64,000 nt of DNA from positions 544,001 to 608,000 of the forward strand of contig JBMNFL010000001.1 in NCBI GenBank assembly GCA_050949315.1. Reading direction: 5' to 3'. Shown in pieces: positions 9,656 to 20,232 of this stretch. Source of the stretch: Bacilli bacterium (GTDB lineage: Bacteria > Bacillota_I > Bacilli_A > RFN20 > UBA1709). The stretch's first letter is position 1; each line of letters begins with the position of its first letter. Both the position numbers and the translations under genes were made by a program. The notes beneath the pieces were generated by a model. It worked only from the letters and a program-made list of their open reading frames with translations, had not been told where the DNA came from and did not search any database.

Positions 9656-11182
9656 CTACCTAAATTTAATAATCTGTTTATCATCCGCACTCAAAACACG
9701 TCTCAAAGATAAACGCTCCCGCACCTTAGTGGCCATAACCGAACGGAACCCTAGTAACTGAATGGTAATTGGTGGGGTCATGGCTACCATGGCCACAATC
9801 CCAAAAGCATCGCTCATTACCTTGGCTTCACCTTGTAAAACCACACAAGCTCCAATAGCGAGCGGTAAAATAAAACACACCGACAACGGCCCTGAAGCAA
9901 CCGCCCCCGAGTCAAAAGCAATGGAAGTGTAAATAGGTGGCACAAAGAAGGATAAAGCTAAAGCTAGAATATAGCCAGGAATGATGTAATAGAGGATGGA
10001 AAAATCAAAAGCAATTCGTAGCATGGAAAGACCTACTGATAGACCAATACCAATACTTAAACCCATCATCATTTCTAATTTCGATATCCGACCATTGGTA
10101 ATTTCTTCTACCTGTTGGTTTAAAACATGCACAGCCGGCTCAGCTAAAACCACCGCAAAGCCGATGATAAAACCGCAGATAATTAAGAAGGCTGAACCCT
10201 GATTTGCTAAGTCCATTCCCAGTTTATTACCTATCGGCAAGTAGCCAACATTAATTGCCGTTAAGAACAAGACTAAACCAATAAATGTATAGACAATTCC
10301 GATAATAATTCGAATTATTTTATCTTTCGCAATCTTTAAAAAAGCAAAATTAATAATAAAGAAACAGGTGGCGATTAAAACTAAAGCTAGTAAAGACTCT
10401 TTAGCGGTTCGCCATAAGTTTTCAAGAAGATTTTGCCCCCAATTGCTGGCAATAGAATAATCCGCTAATTCATAGGGAATGGGATCTTTAATAAAAGCCC
10501 CGATTAAAAGTACAATTAAAACTGGACCAACTAAACTGAAGGCGATTAAACCGAAGCTGTTTTCTTCGGCATTTCTTCCGCCTATAGTCATAGAAACACC
10601 TACACCTAAAGCCATGACAAAAGGCACCGTAATCAGTCCTGTTGTTACCCCACCTGAATCAAAAGATAAGGGTAAAAAGGAAGCATCACCATTAACTAAA
10701 ACTAGGGCGACAAAGGCAAACATCATTAGATAAAAGAAAGTTATAATCATGGAAAAGGGCCGTTTAAAAACCATTTTAAAAAGACCGACAACAAGAAATA
10801 ATCCTAGTCCAACCCCAATCATTATAACTAAAAAAGTCTTATCAATGACCGCGCGGACTAATTCGGCCAAAACGGCTGTGTCAGGCTCGGCTATAGTGAT
10901 AAAAACACCAAACAGGAAAAAGACGGCGACTAAAAGTCCGATATTTTTCCTTTTTATTAAACCGCTACCGATGCTTCTTCCCATCGGTATCATAGCTAAA
11001 TCTGAACCCAAATTAAAAAGGGCGATGCCTAAAATTAAAAGCAGGGTTGTTACAATAAAAACCAGAAGTTCGTTAGGGGTTAAATTGACAAAGGGGGTGA
11101 AATAAAGTATTAAAACAATAATAGCCACCGGTAAAACCGAGATTAATGCTTCTCTAATTTTTAACCACAACCGTTTTAACAT
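9656..11182 (-). CDS. DUF1538 membrane protein (two fused domains)
   Basis: Duplicated AEP and FDSGGVTTG / FDSGAVASG motifs; ATG at 11182 after GAGGT. Confidence 0.88.
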   Translation of the reverse strand: MLKRLWLKIREALISVLPVAIIVLILYFTPFVNLTPNELLVFIVTTLLLILGIALFNLGSDLAMIPMGRSIGSGLIKRKNIGLLVAVFFLFGVFITIAEPDTAVLAELVRAVIDKTFLVIMIGVGLGLFLVVGLFKMVFKRPFSMIITFFYLMMFAFVALVLVNGDASFLPLSFDSGGVTTGLITVPFVMALGVGVSMTIGGRNAEENSFGLIAFSLVGPVLIVLLIGAFIKDPIPYELADYSIASNWGQNLLENLWRTAKESLLALVLIATCFFIINFAFLKIAKDKIIRIIIGIVYTFIGLVLFLTAINVGYLPIGNKLGMDLANQGSAFLIICGFIIGFAVVLAEPAVHVLNQQVEEITNGRISKLEMMMGLSIGIGLSVGLSMLRIAFDFSILYYIIPGYILALALSFFVPPIYTSIAFDSGAVASGPLSVCFILPLAIGACVVLQGEAKVMSDAFGIVAMVAMTPPITIQLLGFRSVMATKVRERLSLRRVLSADDKQIIKFR

Positions 11183-11253
11183 CGCTGAAACCTCGCCTTT
11201 CTTATTTCTTTTCAATTATAACAAATAATAGAAGAAAAGAAAGATACAAAAAG

Positions 11254-11277
11254 AAAAACTCCGGTTTGCACCGGAGT
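11254..11277 (-). terminator. Intrinsic terminator after hsp20
   Basis: ACTCCGGT-4-ACCGGAGT stem plus T tract. Confidence 0.75.
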
Positions 11278-11296
11278 ATGAAAGAAGCCTTTTAAA

Positions 11297-11716
11297 TTAT
11301 TTAATTTCGATAAATTGTTTGTCTGACTTAGTTTCAACCACTTTCTTAATTTCTAAATTCAGAACACCATTTTCAAGCTTCGCACTGATATCTTTATCCT
11401 TCACAGCATCACCGACATAGAAACTTCTGGAGGCTGAACCATAATGTCTCTCACGTCTTAAGTAGCTGCTCTTCTCGTCTTGCTCCTCATGCTGATACTC
11501 AGCCTTAATGTTTAGGTAGCCATCTTCAAGGGAGATTTTGATGTCCTCTTTCTTAACAGCTGGTAATTCAACACTCAAGAGATAACTTGTCTCGTTTTCC
11601 TGGATATCAGTTTTCATAAGTTGTTTGCCCGTATTGAGTTCTCCACCAAAAAAGTCATCTAAAAATGGGGTGATAAACCCAAATGGACCACGACGTCTTG
11701 ATAATTCATATTTCAT
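11297..11716 (-). CDS. Hsp20/alpha-crystallin small heat-shock protein
   Basis: MKTDI.E, ELP..KKEDI, RRERHYG...RSF, AKLENGVL. Confidence 0.95.
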   Translation of the reverse strand: MKYELSRRRGPFGFITPFLDDFFGGELNTGKQLMKTDIQENETSYLLSVELPAVKKEDIKISLEDGYLNIKAEYQHEEQDEKSSYLRRERHYGSASRSFYVGDAVKDKDISAKLENGVLNLEIKKVVETKSDKQFIEIK

Positions 11717-11732
11717 AGTATCTTCCTCCTTC

Positions 11733-11759
11733 TTGGCACTCTTAATGCCTGAGTGCTAA
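11733..11759. promoter_or_regulatory. CIRCE element (HrcA operator) 1
   Basis: TTGGCACTC-N9-GAGTGCTAA, one mismatch to TTAGCACTC-N9-GAGTGCTAA. Confidence 0.92.
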
Positions 11760-11778
11760 GTCTATTATAACACATGTT

Positions 11779-11805
11779 TTAGCACTGTCAAGGGTAAAGT
11801 GCTAA
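11779..11805. promoter_or_regulatory. CIRCE element 2 overlapping the -35 box
   Basis: TTAGCACTG-N9-AAGTGCTAA; minus-strand TTGACA at 11786-11791 and TGnTATAAT with -10 at 11764-11769. Confidence 0.85.
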
Positions 11806-11841
11806 TTTTTAAAAGTTTTTTCTAGAATAGTTCATCAAAAC

Positions 11842-11871
11842 AAAAAAAGGGTGGAAATTCCACCCCTTTTA
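11842..11871 (-). terminator. Intrinsic terminator
   Basis: GGGTGGAA-TTCCACCC hairpin flanked by A/T tracts. Confidence 0.7.
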
Positions 11872-11888
11872 TTTGCCTTTATCTTGGT

Positions 11889-12452
11889 TTAGCCAGTTTT
11901 AGAATCGCTAACAAAAGTAACTGTTGTTTTGGTTTCGACTTTTAAAGCACCCTTGATAGTTAAGCCAACTCTACTGATATCAAAGGAAATATCTACACTT
12001 TGCTCGCTCTTGACAAGATAGCCTTGAGCATCAATTTGCATATTGACTTTAACACTGCCACTAACCTTATCGTCTTTACCTAAATGAATGGTGGTGTAAT
12101 TTTTTTCCATCCATTCTTTAACTGTACCCTTGTAAGAAATATTCATTGAGGTTCCACTAACCTTATATTCGTACAGTTCACCTAAAAGCGCAATTTCTGC
12201 AGGTGAAAATGGTAATGTTGTGGACGTATGTGTGTCTTCGGTTTTACCAACTTCAAAAAAGGGTGCAAAAACACCTTCAGCTTTACTAACATTGGTAACC
12301 ACTTTGGTTGAGATTCTCTTCGGTGTTGTTTCTGTCCAGTTTTCCTCAGAGAAAGTTTGGGCTTCCGCACAGGTTACTGTTTTACCACACGAAGTTAAAC
12401 CGATAGTAAAAAGCAAGGCAGCGACCACTAAAATTCTTCTAAATTTCTTCAT
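11889..12452 (-). CDS. Hypothetical lipoprotein
   Basis: Signal peptide with LTSC lipobox. Confidence 0.75.
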   Translation of the reverse strand: MKKFRRILVVAALLFTIGLTSCGKTVTCAEAQTFSEENWTETTPKRISTKVVTNVSKAEGVFAPFFEVGKTEDTHTSTTLPFSPAEIALLGELYEYKVSGTSMNISYKGTVKEWMEKNYTTIHLGKDDKVSGSVKVNMQIDAQGYLVKSEQSVDISFDISRVGLTIKGALKVETKTTVTFVSDSKTG

Positions 12453-12537
12453 AATGTCTTTTTATAATCCTCCTTGTGTCTACTATCATAGCACTTTTAA
12501 AAAGGCTTGTGAACACTTTGAGAACAAAAAAACGACT

Positions 12538-13437
12538 TTATGGAGCCTTCTTGGAATGGGGGTGTGCTTTACGAAAACCTGTCTGTAAAGTTTGACTAGA
12601 AATATGCGTATAAACCTGTGTTGCCTCAATACTTTCGTGACCAAGAAGCTCTTGAATGCTCCGTAAATCAGCCCCGCCTTCTAATAGATGCGTAGCAAAA
12701 GAATGACGAATTAAATGCGGATAAATTCTTTTAGGTGGCTTCATTTGTTGTCCCATCTTTTCTAAGATAAGTTCAACACCCCTAGAAGTTAATTTGTTGC
12801 CCAATTTGTTGAGCAAAAGATAAGGGCAATCTATCTCTTTAACCAGTAAAGGTCGACCATTGAGGAGATAATTTCTTAAAACTGAGCAAGCTAGATCATA
12901 AATTAAAACTATTCGTTCTTTATTGCCCTTACCGATAACCCGCAATTCTTTGTTTTCTAAATCTAAATCGCTAAGTTTGAGATTGATTAATTCACTGACG
13001 CGTAAACCCCCTGCATAAAGTAAGTGTATTAAGGCCAAATTACGCAGATTTAACTCTTCTTTTTCACTTAATTTAACCTTTAATAGTTCCTCTATTTCCT
13101 TAAATGAAAGAAATTCGGGTAGACGATGAGTTATGCGCGGACTCTCAAAATAACTAAAAGGATTGGTCGTTAGATATTTGTTCTTATTTAAAAATTTAAA
13201 ATAGGTTCGTAGACTAGATATCTTTCTTGCTATCGAGCGCTGAGAATTATTCTTTCTTAAAAGTGAAGAAGAATAAAGGCGCAGATCTTTGTGATCCAAA
13301 TCCTGTATTGTTAGGGACTCTTGTTGAAGAAAAAGGGCAAACTCTTTAATATCGCGCTTGTAAGCTTGAATAGTTAAGGGTGATAAAGACCGTTCATAAA
13401 TTAAATAATCAAAGAATTCCTGATAAGCAATCAACAT
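12538..13437 (-). CDS. xerC: Tyrosine recombinase XerC/CodV
   Basis: GLRVSEL, GKGNKER, HLIRHSFATHLL, LLGH, TQVYTH; synteny after topA-trmFO. Confidence 0.88.
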   Translation of the reverse strand: MLIAYQEFFDYLIYERSLSPLTIQAYKRDIKEFALFLQQESLTIQDLDHKDLRLYSSSLLRKNNSQRSIARKISSLRTYFKFLNKNKYLTTNPFSYFESPRITHRLPEFLSFKEIEELLKVKLSEKEELNLRNLALIHLLYAGGLRVSELINLKLSDLDLENKELRVIGKGNKERIVLIYDLACSVLRNYLLNGRPLLVKEIDCPYLLLNKLGNKLTSRGVELILEKMGQQMKPPKRIYPHLIRHSFATHLLEGGADLRSIQELLGHESIEATQVYTHISSQTLQTGFRKAHPHSKKAP

Positions 13438-14719
13438 ACTTATCCCTCCATTCTCTAAGTTTAGCTAGCGATAATTCGGCTATCGCCATTTTATCCTTTA
13501 AAGGGCTATTTAAAACCCCATAATTAGCGTTCATCGGCTGAAAATTATCGGGATTAGCCTTCACAACATAATCTACTAAAGAGCCAATCACCGTTTCTTT
13601 TGGAAGAGCGACCATTTCTAAACCCTGAAGCTGACGCCAGGCGTTAATGGCGGCAAACAAACCGGAACAAGCCGATTCAATATAGCCCTCTACTCCAATT
13701 ATTTGCCCAGCAAAGAAAACTCTTGGATCTTGACGCCACGTTAATTTGTTAGTTAAAAGTAAAGGTGAATTGATAAAAGTGTTACGATGCATAACTCCAA
13801 AACGGACAAAGGAGGCCTTTTCTAAACCAGGGATTAAACGGAAAATTCGCTCCTGCTCAGGAAAAGTTAAATTGGTTTGGAAACCAACCATGTTATAAAC
13901 CTCTGCCAAACTATCATCTTGTCTTAGTTGCACTACCGCATAAGGAAGGGGAGCATTTTCTCTTTCTAAACCCACGGGTCTCATAGGGCCAAAAGTTAAA
14001 GTTTGCGCTCCGCGTCTAGCTATAACTTCAATCGGTAAACAACCTTCAAAATATTTTTCCTTTTCAAAGTGCCTTAACTTTACGCGTTCTCCCCTAACTA
14101 GTTCTTGATAAAATTTAATAAACTCTTCTTTGGTCATGGGACAATTAATGTAGTCATCCCCCATTCCCTTATCATAACGAGACTTATAATAACACTTATT
14201 AAAGTCTAAACTACTCTTTAAAACCATAGGGGCGGCTGCATCATAAAAATATAATTGTTCAACGCCTAGTAAGCGGCGAAGTTCACGGCTAAATTTAGCC
14301 GAAGTTAAAGGCCCTGTTGCTACAATTACCAAACCATCCTTGGGAAGTGAAGTGATTTCTTCATGATGAACGGTAACATTTGGTAAAGCACGAATTGTTT
14401 TATCAATGTAGTCAGCAAATTTTTCACGATCAACAGCTAGCGCTTGTCCAGCTGGCACTTGAAATAATTTAGCTGCCTTCATAACTAGACTATCAAGTAT
14501 CTGCATTTCTTCTTTTAGTAAGCCTGTTGCTGTATCTAACTCAAAAGATTTCAATGAGTTAGAGCAGACTAGTTCCGCAAATTTACCTGTGTGATGAGCA
14601 GGGGCTTTCTTGCTTGGACGCATCTCATAAAGATCAACTTGACAATTATGTGTTGCCAAAAAATAAGCAGCTTCGCTACCCGCCAATCCCGCACCAATAA
14701 CTGTTACTTTCCCTAGCAT
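13409..14719 (-). CDS. trmFO: Folate-dependent tRNA (uracil-5)-methyltransferase TrmFO
   Basis: GAGLAGSEAA, AELVCSNSL, GVMHRNTFI. Confidence 0.96.
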   Translation of the reverse strand: MLGKVTVIGAGLAGSEAAYFLATHNCQVDLYEMRPSKKAPAHHTGKFAELVCSNSLKSFELDTATGLLKEEMQILDSLVMKAAKLFQVPAGQALAVDREKFADYIDKTIRALPNVTVHHEEITSLPKDGLVIVATGPLTSAKFSRELRRLLGVEQLYFYDAAAPMVLKSSLDFNKCYYKSRYDKGMGDDYINCPMTKEEFIKFYQELVRGERVKLRHFEKEKYFEGCLPIEVIARRGAQTLTFGPMRPVGLERENAPLPYAVVQLRQDDSLAEVYNMVGFQTNLTFPEQERIFRLIPGLEKASFVRFGVMHRNTFINSPLLLTNKLTWRQDPRVFFAGQIIGVEGYIESACSGLFAAINAWRQLQGLEMVALPKETVIGSLVDYVVKANPDNFQPMNANYGVLNSPLKDKMAIAELSLAKLREWRDKYVDCLSGIL

Positions 14720-14865
14720 CCGTCACGCTCCTTACTAATATTTTAATATAAAAGCACAAATATTGGTAGTATTATTTTGAAATTATGCGAAGTTTATTGA
14801 TTTTGAGACACTTTTTAAAAATCTACCTAATTAACTTAAACTTTTTAAATTAAAAGACAGCATTT

Positions 14866-16848
14866 TTAAGCTGCTGTCTTCTTTCTACTCTTTCTAAAAT
14901 ACTTTCTCTTTTTAAAAGGCTCCATATAATCACAATCGGGAAAGCGACTGCAACCAAGGAAAGAACCATACTTACCTTGACGTGTGATGAGATGGCCTTG
15001 ACCACATTTGGGACAAACCTTGGCGTTTTTAGGAATAACAACTTCCTTAGGTTTAATATAGTTGCAGCTAGGAAAGTCGCTACAGCCGATAAAGGAACCA
15101 AACTTACCATTGCGGTAGACAAGGGCTTTACCACACTTAGGACAAACCTCATCCTTTACTTCAATCGTCTTTTGAGTCGGCATATGCTCTAAGGCGTTTT
15201 TCAATTCTTCAACAAAATTATCATTGAATTCTTTTAAGACCTCTAATTTATCGACTTCTTTGGTCTCGATTTTATCTAAATACTTTTCCATCTTGGCGGT
15301 ATATTCAACATTTATAGTTCTTTTAATATACTCCCGTAATTTTTCATCAACTAACTCACCCTGTGGCAAAGGATAAATTAAACCTTTTTCAACTTGAATA
15401 TAATGTTCACGTAACTTTTCGATGGTAACAGCATAAGTACTAGGCCGACCAATACCCGTTTCTTCCATCTTTTTAACAAGTTGCCCTTCAGAATAACGGG
15501 CTGGAGGCTTAGTGCTAACATCTTCTATAAGATAATCTTTAACTTTAACACTGTCGCCAATTTGATAATCTAAAGCCTGATATCCTTCCTTCTTACTTGT
15601 TGATAGCCAGGAGTCAAGAACACTGTGTCCTGGGAAGATAACTTCATTACTACTCGCTTCTGCTTCATAAGACTGGGCCTCGAAAAAACTCTTATGAACG
15701 ATAAGTTTTTTGGCCGTCATAATCGAGGCCAAAGCCCGAACATAAATAAGTTTATATATTTTATATTGGCTGAGATTCAAATATTCCCTAACATCATCGG
15801 GCTTAATGTTGATATCAATCGGTCTTATCGCTTCATGGGCTCCTTGCACTAGAGCCGTTTCTTTTTGAACATAGGCCTTACCAACATATTCAGGACCAAA
15901 ATTATCGTTGATGAATTGCTTAGCCTGATTAATAAAAATCGGACTTAACTGGATGGAATCGGTACGATGATAGGTAATTAAACCCGTCGTTTTCTTACCA
16001 ATATTTACACTTTCAAAAAGCGTTTGGGCCAGTTTCATAGTTCTATTAGCCGAGAAACCAAAATAATTTGAAGCTTCTCTTAAAAGATTAGAGGTTGTTA
16101 GGGGAAATCTTGGCTTAACACTAGTTTCCTCCTGCGTTAAATCTTTAACAACTAAAACATTACCGAGTTCTGCAATAACTTTTTCGGCTTCGGCCTGGCT
16201 CTTGATTTTTAGTTCTTTACCTTGATATTTAGTAATGGTAGCCTTTAAGTTTTTTGTTAGTTTTGCTTGAACTTTATAGGCTTCTTCTGGCTCAAAAGCG
16301 GCGATTTCTTTTTCACGGTCGACAATTAAGCGTAAAGTTGCCGACTGCACCCTTCCCGCGGATTCTTGTCCTAATTTGTTCTGCACTAAATAAGAAAGAC
16401 GAAAACCAATGATGCGATCCATAATCCGTCTAACTTCTTGGGAATCAACAGTATCCATATTGATAGGACGCGGATTAGCTAGTCCTTTTTCAATACCGTA
16501 TTTGGTAATTTCATTAAAGACTAATCTTTTGCAGTCCTTCTCTTTAAGATTTAATATCTCATAAAGATGCCAAGCGATGGCTTCTCCTTCACGATCAGGG
16601 TCGGTGGCTAAATAGACTTCATCCGCCTTATCAACCATATTTTGTAAACGTTTAATAATCCATTCTTTTTTAGGCAAAATCTCATAAGTCGGTTTGAAAT
16701 CATTCTCAATATCAACCCCAAGATTATACTTGCCGGTGGTGGAAAGGTCGCGAACATGCCCAAAAGAAGCAGCGACTTGATAGTCCTTGCCCAAATACTT
16801 GGCAATCGCCTTGGTCTTATTTGGTGATTCAACAATTACTAATTTCAT
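14866..16848 (-). CDS. topA: DNA topoisomerase I
   Basis: IVESP, ATDPDREGE, SAGRVQS, GLITYHRTDS; two C-terminal C4 zinc ribbons. Confidence 0.97.
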   Translation of the reverse strand: MKLVIVESPNKTKAIAKYLGKDYQVAASFGHVRDLSTTGKYNLGVDIENDFKPTYEILPKKEWIIKRLQNMVDKADEVYLATDPDREGEAIAWHLYEILNLKEKDCKRLVFNEITKYGIEKGLANPRPINMDTVDSQEVRRIMDRIIGFRLSYLVQNKLGQESAGRVQSATLRLIVDREKEIAAFEPEEAYKVQAKLTKNLKATITKYQGKELKIKSQAEAEKVIAELGNVLVVKDLTQEETSVKPRFPLTTSNLLREASNYFGFSANRTMKLAQTLFESVNIGKKTTGLITYHRTDSIQLSPIFINQAKQFINDNFGPEYVGKAYVQKETALVQGAHEAIRPIDINIKPDDVREYLNLSQYKIYKLIYVRALASIMTAKKLIVHKSFFEAQSYEAEASSNEVIFPGHSVLDSWLSTSKKEGYQALDYQIGDSVKVKDYLIEDVSTKPPARYSEGQLVKKMEETGIGRPSTYAVTIEKLREHYIQVEKGLIYPLPQGELVDEKLREYIKRTINVEYTAKMEKYLDKIETKEVDKLEVLKEFNDNFVEELKNALEHMPTQKTIEVKDEVCPKCGKALVYRNGKFGSFIGCSDFPSCNYIKPKEVVIPKNAKVCPKCGQGHLITRQGKYGSFLGCSRFPDCDYMEPFKKRKYFRKSRKKTAA

Positions 16849-16952
16849 AAACTACCCCTCCTCCGTATCTAACATTATCAAGCCAATTTTAAAAATGTCA
16901 AACGATTTTGACCGCCCTTTTTTGTATGTTATAGATAACATAAATTTTTTAT

Positions 16953-17711
16953 TTAAATGCTTAATTCAATGTCTTTCGCTTCTTCAACTAAATAAGCACA
17001 ATCTCTAATTAATTTATTACAAACACTCTTTTCATCAGCCCTTGCTGGAACACAGTAAACATCTTTCCCCTGTTCTAAGGCATGGCGGACGGTAATAAGA
17101 GTGCCACTGCGATAATACGCTTCAGTAACCAAAACGGCTTGACCAAGACCGGCTACTAAACGATTGCGAAAATGAAAACTAAGAGGTTCAGCTGGTACCC
17201 CATCAGGGTATTCACTTAGAATTAGACCCTTTTCAGCAATTTCTTGATATAACTCTCTGTTACTAAAAGGATATTTAATATCAAGTCCATTAGCGACGAC
17301 CGCAATGGTCTTGCCGCTGTTAGCTAGTGCTGTGCGATGAGCGACACCATCTACCCCACAAGCCAAGCCACTAATAATAGTAAAGCCTTCACTAACTAAA
17401 TCCCTAACTAAAGAGGCCGTCATCTGCTGACCATAAGAACTCATTTTGCGCGTCCCAACTACTGTCAAGCGCTTCTCTTCTTTTAACAAAGATAGATCCC
17501 CTTCATAAAAAAGAAGATAAGGTGGGCGCTCCACTTGCTTTAAACAGTCTGGATAGTCCGCATCTAGCAAAGTCAAATAAGGCCGCTTGTTAATTCTTTT
17601 AAATTCTTCTAATTTTACTTCATCAATTCTTTCTTTGTTTTTAATGCTCTGGTAAATCTTGTTCCAATCGCCATGATGCAACATGACGAAATAAAACACG
17701 ATATCTCGCAT
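16953..17711 (-). CDS. dprA: DNA-processing protein DprA
   Basis: VVGTR, ISGLACGVDG, F..RNR, SGTLIT. Confidence 0.95.
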   Translation of the reverse strand: MRDIVFYFVMLHHGDWNKIYQSIKNKERIDEVKLEEFKRINKRPYLTLLDADYPDCLKQVERPPYLLFYEGDLSLLKEEKRLTVVGTRKMSSYGQQMTASLVRDLVSEGFTIISGLACGVDGVAHRTALANSGKTIAVVANGLDIKYPFSNRELYQEIAEKGLILSEYPDGVPAEPLSFHFRNRLVAGLGQAVLVTEAYYRSGTLITVRHALEQGKDVYCVPARADEKSVCNKLIRDCAYLVEEAKDIELSI

Positions 17712-17773
17712 TTTCGATATCCCTCCTTTACAAATTTAATTGTAAACCAAAAAGAACCTTTTGTCCTTTCTTT

Positions 17774-18400
17774 TTAAATATTTAACTTCATTTGTTTACT
17801 GAGCAAAGTCTTAATAGGCTCAAAGCTACGGCGATGCAAGGGACAAATCCCATGCTCTTCTATGGCCAAAAGATGTTTTTTAGTCCCATAACCCATATTG
17901 TTTTTAAAATCATATTCAGGGTACTGTTTATCATACTCTAACATTAATTGATCACGGGTCACTTTAGCTAAGATAGAAGCCGCCGCCACCGTTTGTGACA
18001 AACCATCGCCATTAACCAAGGCTTGAACTGGAAAGGCTAGACCAGTAAGTGGCATCGCATCAGTTAAAGCCGCATCAATTCGGTGATTGATCTTTTCAAA
18101 GCAGCGCAACATTCCCTGACGTGAAGCTTCATAAATATTGTATTTATCAATTTCTTCTAAACTGAGAATTTGAATGGAATAAGCTAGAGCCTCTTTTTTT
18201 ATCACTTCGAAGAGCTCTTCACGCTTCTTGGCACTCAACTTCTTAGAATCATCAATTTCCGGATTTAAATAATCATTAGGAAAAATAACGGCCGCGACCA
18301 CAAGGGGACCTGCGATAGGGCCTCTTCCCGCTTCATCGCTACCAGCAATAAACTCATAACCCTGTTTATTCAGTTCTTGCTCATAGTCCCTATTAGCCAT
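17774..18400 (-). CDS. rnhB: Ribonuclease HII
   Basis: DEAGRGP, DSKKLS, AAASILAKV. Confidence 0.96.
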   Translation of the reverse strand: MANRDYEQELNKQGYEFIAGSDEAGRGPIAGPLVVAAVIFPNDYLNPEIDDSKKLSAKKREELFEVIKKEALAYSIQILSLEEIDKYNIYEASRQGMLRCFEKINHRIDAALTDAMPLTGLAFPVQALVNGDGLSQTVAAASILAKVTRDQLMLEYDKQYPEYDFKNNMGYGTKKHLLAIEEHGICPLHRRSFEPIKTLLSKQMKLNI

Positions 18401-19277
18401 TCAAATCACTAACTCTTTCCAAACTAAAGCGCCCAAGCTTACCATCGGCAAATTCTTTTAAAAGGGTATTTAAAGCGCGCTCGGTATCTAAAGCACTGCC
18501 TTCTTTCAAAAAGGAACGCGACTTAGCAATGGCCTCAAGAATAGTAAAACTTCCTTTTTCATTTGTTAAATCTTCATCAAGCTTGTAAGCCTCTTTTAAA
18601 CTTCCTGGATAATCTTTGATTAATTTTTCAATTAACTTTTGACCCAAAAAATCTTTAGGTAAGACAGTATCTTTAATCGTCCCAATCAAGGCGAGATTAA
18701 GAGCCGCTCTTTTATCTTCTAAATTCGGCCATAAAACCCCTGGCGTATCTAGCAAAACAAAATCTTGATCCACCTTGACAAATTGTTGATTGCGCGTTAC
18801 CCCTGGGCGATTTTCTACATTAGCCGCCTTCCTGCCGGCTAATTTATTAATCAAACTTGATTTCCCTACATTGGGTATGCCAACAATTAAGGCTCTAATT
18901 GGTCTTTCTCTTAAGCCCTTGACCTTTTCTTTTAGGAATTTTTCTTTTAAAAGCTGCTGGCAATTTTGCTTTAAAGCCTTACTATCAAAACTTTTTAAAT
19001 TAAAAAACATAACTGCTTTACCCTGTAAGCGATAATATTCAAGCCACTCTTCACTAAGCCTAGCATCGGCAAGATCGGTTTTTGTTAAGATAATTAAATG
19101 GGGCTTTTTTCCAATTAGGGCTTGAACCTTGGGATTATGAGAAGAAAAAGGAGCTCGAGCATCCAATAACTCAATAACAACATCAACAGCCTTCAGTTGC
19201 TCTTTAATCTTGCGCAAGGCCTTGGCCATATGCCCAGGGAACCAGTTGATATTGGTTTTATTATTCAATTGCATCAC
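18393..19277 (-). CDS. rbgA: Ribosome biogenesis GTPase RbgA/YlqF (likely start TTG 19268 or ATG 19274)
   Basis: WFPGHM, DARAP, GIPNVGKS, DTPG. Confidence 0.96.
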   Translation of the reverse strand: MMQLNNKTNINWFPGHMAKALRKIKEQLKAVDVVIELLDARAPFSSHNPKVQALIGKKPHLIILTKTDLADARLSEEWLEYYRLQGKAVMFFNLKSFDSKALKQNCQQLLKEKFLKEKVKGLRERPIRALIVGIPNVGKSSLINKLAGRKAANVENRPGVTRNQQFVKVDQDFVLLDTPGVLWPNLEDKRAALNLALIGTIKDTVLPKDFLGQKLIEKLIKDYPGSLKEAYKLDEDLTNEKGSFTILEAIAKSRSFLKEGSALDTERALNTLLKEFADGKLGRFSLERVSDLNG

Positions 19278-20232
19278 CTCTTTTTAGAAAGTTCATTATT
19301 AAATCTACTAATATATTTTTTTCATTAGGATTAGATTTCGCTGTTAAAAGAGTAATTGCAACAAGCGTATTATTATCAATAACTTCCTTACCTTTATAAT
19401 ATAAAATATTGTAAAACTCTAAAAAGTAAATAAATAATGTGGCGGCTATTCTTTTATTTCCGTCAATAAACACGTGATTTTTTATGATTAAATATAAAAA
19501 GTTGGCAGCTTTTTCTTCAATTGTTTTATATACATCTTCACCATCAAATGTCTGATATATATTCCCAATTATTGCTTCAAGTCCTCTATCTCTTTCAAGA
19601 GCAAAAATATTAGAATTATTATTAAATTTTAATTTATTTATAATTTTTATACATTCATCATATGTTATTCTTTTATCGTCAGATAAACCTCTAGGTTTAA
19701 TTATTTTTTTATGATCATAATCATCTAATAAATCAAATGCTTCTTTATAATTATTAATAACTCTGATAATATCTTTCGCTTCATCGCCTGTTAAATTAGC
19801 ATCAATTCTTCCTGCTATGTCTATTAATTGAACTTTCTTTTCTAAATATTCTAATCTGTTTTGATCAGCGGCATAACCTTTTAATAAATATTCCTTTAGT
19901 ACTTTATTAGCCCATTGTCTAAAAATTATTCCATTTTTAGATTTAACTCTGTAACCAACACTTATTATCATATCTAAATTATAATAATCTATCATTTTAG
20001 TTTGACTTTTTCCTTTGATAGCACCATGAATAGTGGTGCTCGCAAATTTTGCGACTACCACTTTTTCGTCTAATTCTTCTTTTAAAGCATTATTAATATG
20101 TTTTCTTATTGTTTTATAATCTCTATTAAATAATTCTGCTATTTGCTCTGAATTTAACCAAACTGTATCGTCTTTTACATTGACTTCTAATTTAACTTTT
20201 TGATTTTCAAAAATTACTAATTCATTTTTCAT
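19261..20232 (-). CDS. RhuM-Fic/Doc fusion protein
   Basis: YYNLDMIISVGYRVKS..G..FRQWA (RhuM); HVFIDGNKRIA (Fic/Doc); very AT-rich. Confidence 0.9.
   Translation of the reverse strand: MKNELVIFENQKVKLEVNVKDDTVWLNSEQIAELFNRDYKTIRKHINNALKEELDEKVVVAKFASTTIHGAIKGKSQTKMIDYYNLDMIISVGYRVKSKNGIIFRQWANKVLKEYLLKGYAADQNRLEYLEKKVQLIDIAGRIDANLTGDEAKDIIRVINNYKEAFDLLDDYDHKKIIKPRGLSDDKRITYDECIKIINKLKFNNNSNIFALERDRGLEAIIGNIYQTFDGEDVYKTIEEKAANFLYLIIKNHVFIDGNKRIAATLFIYFLEFYNILYYKGKEVIDNNTLVAITLLTAKSNPNEKNILVDLIMNFLKRGDAIE

Noticed and set aside
8812-11105. Several plus-strand ORFs of 62-138 aa
   Set aside because: Antisense to well-supported P-II, DUF1538 and methyltransferase-like genes
14920-15150. Internal repeat at the topA 3' end
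   Set aside because: Ordinary tandem C4 zinc ribbons of topoisomerase I
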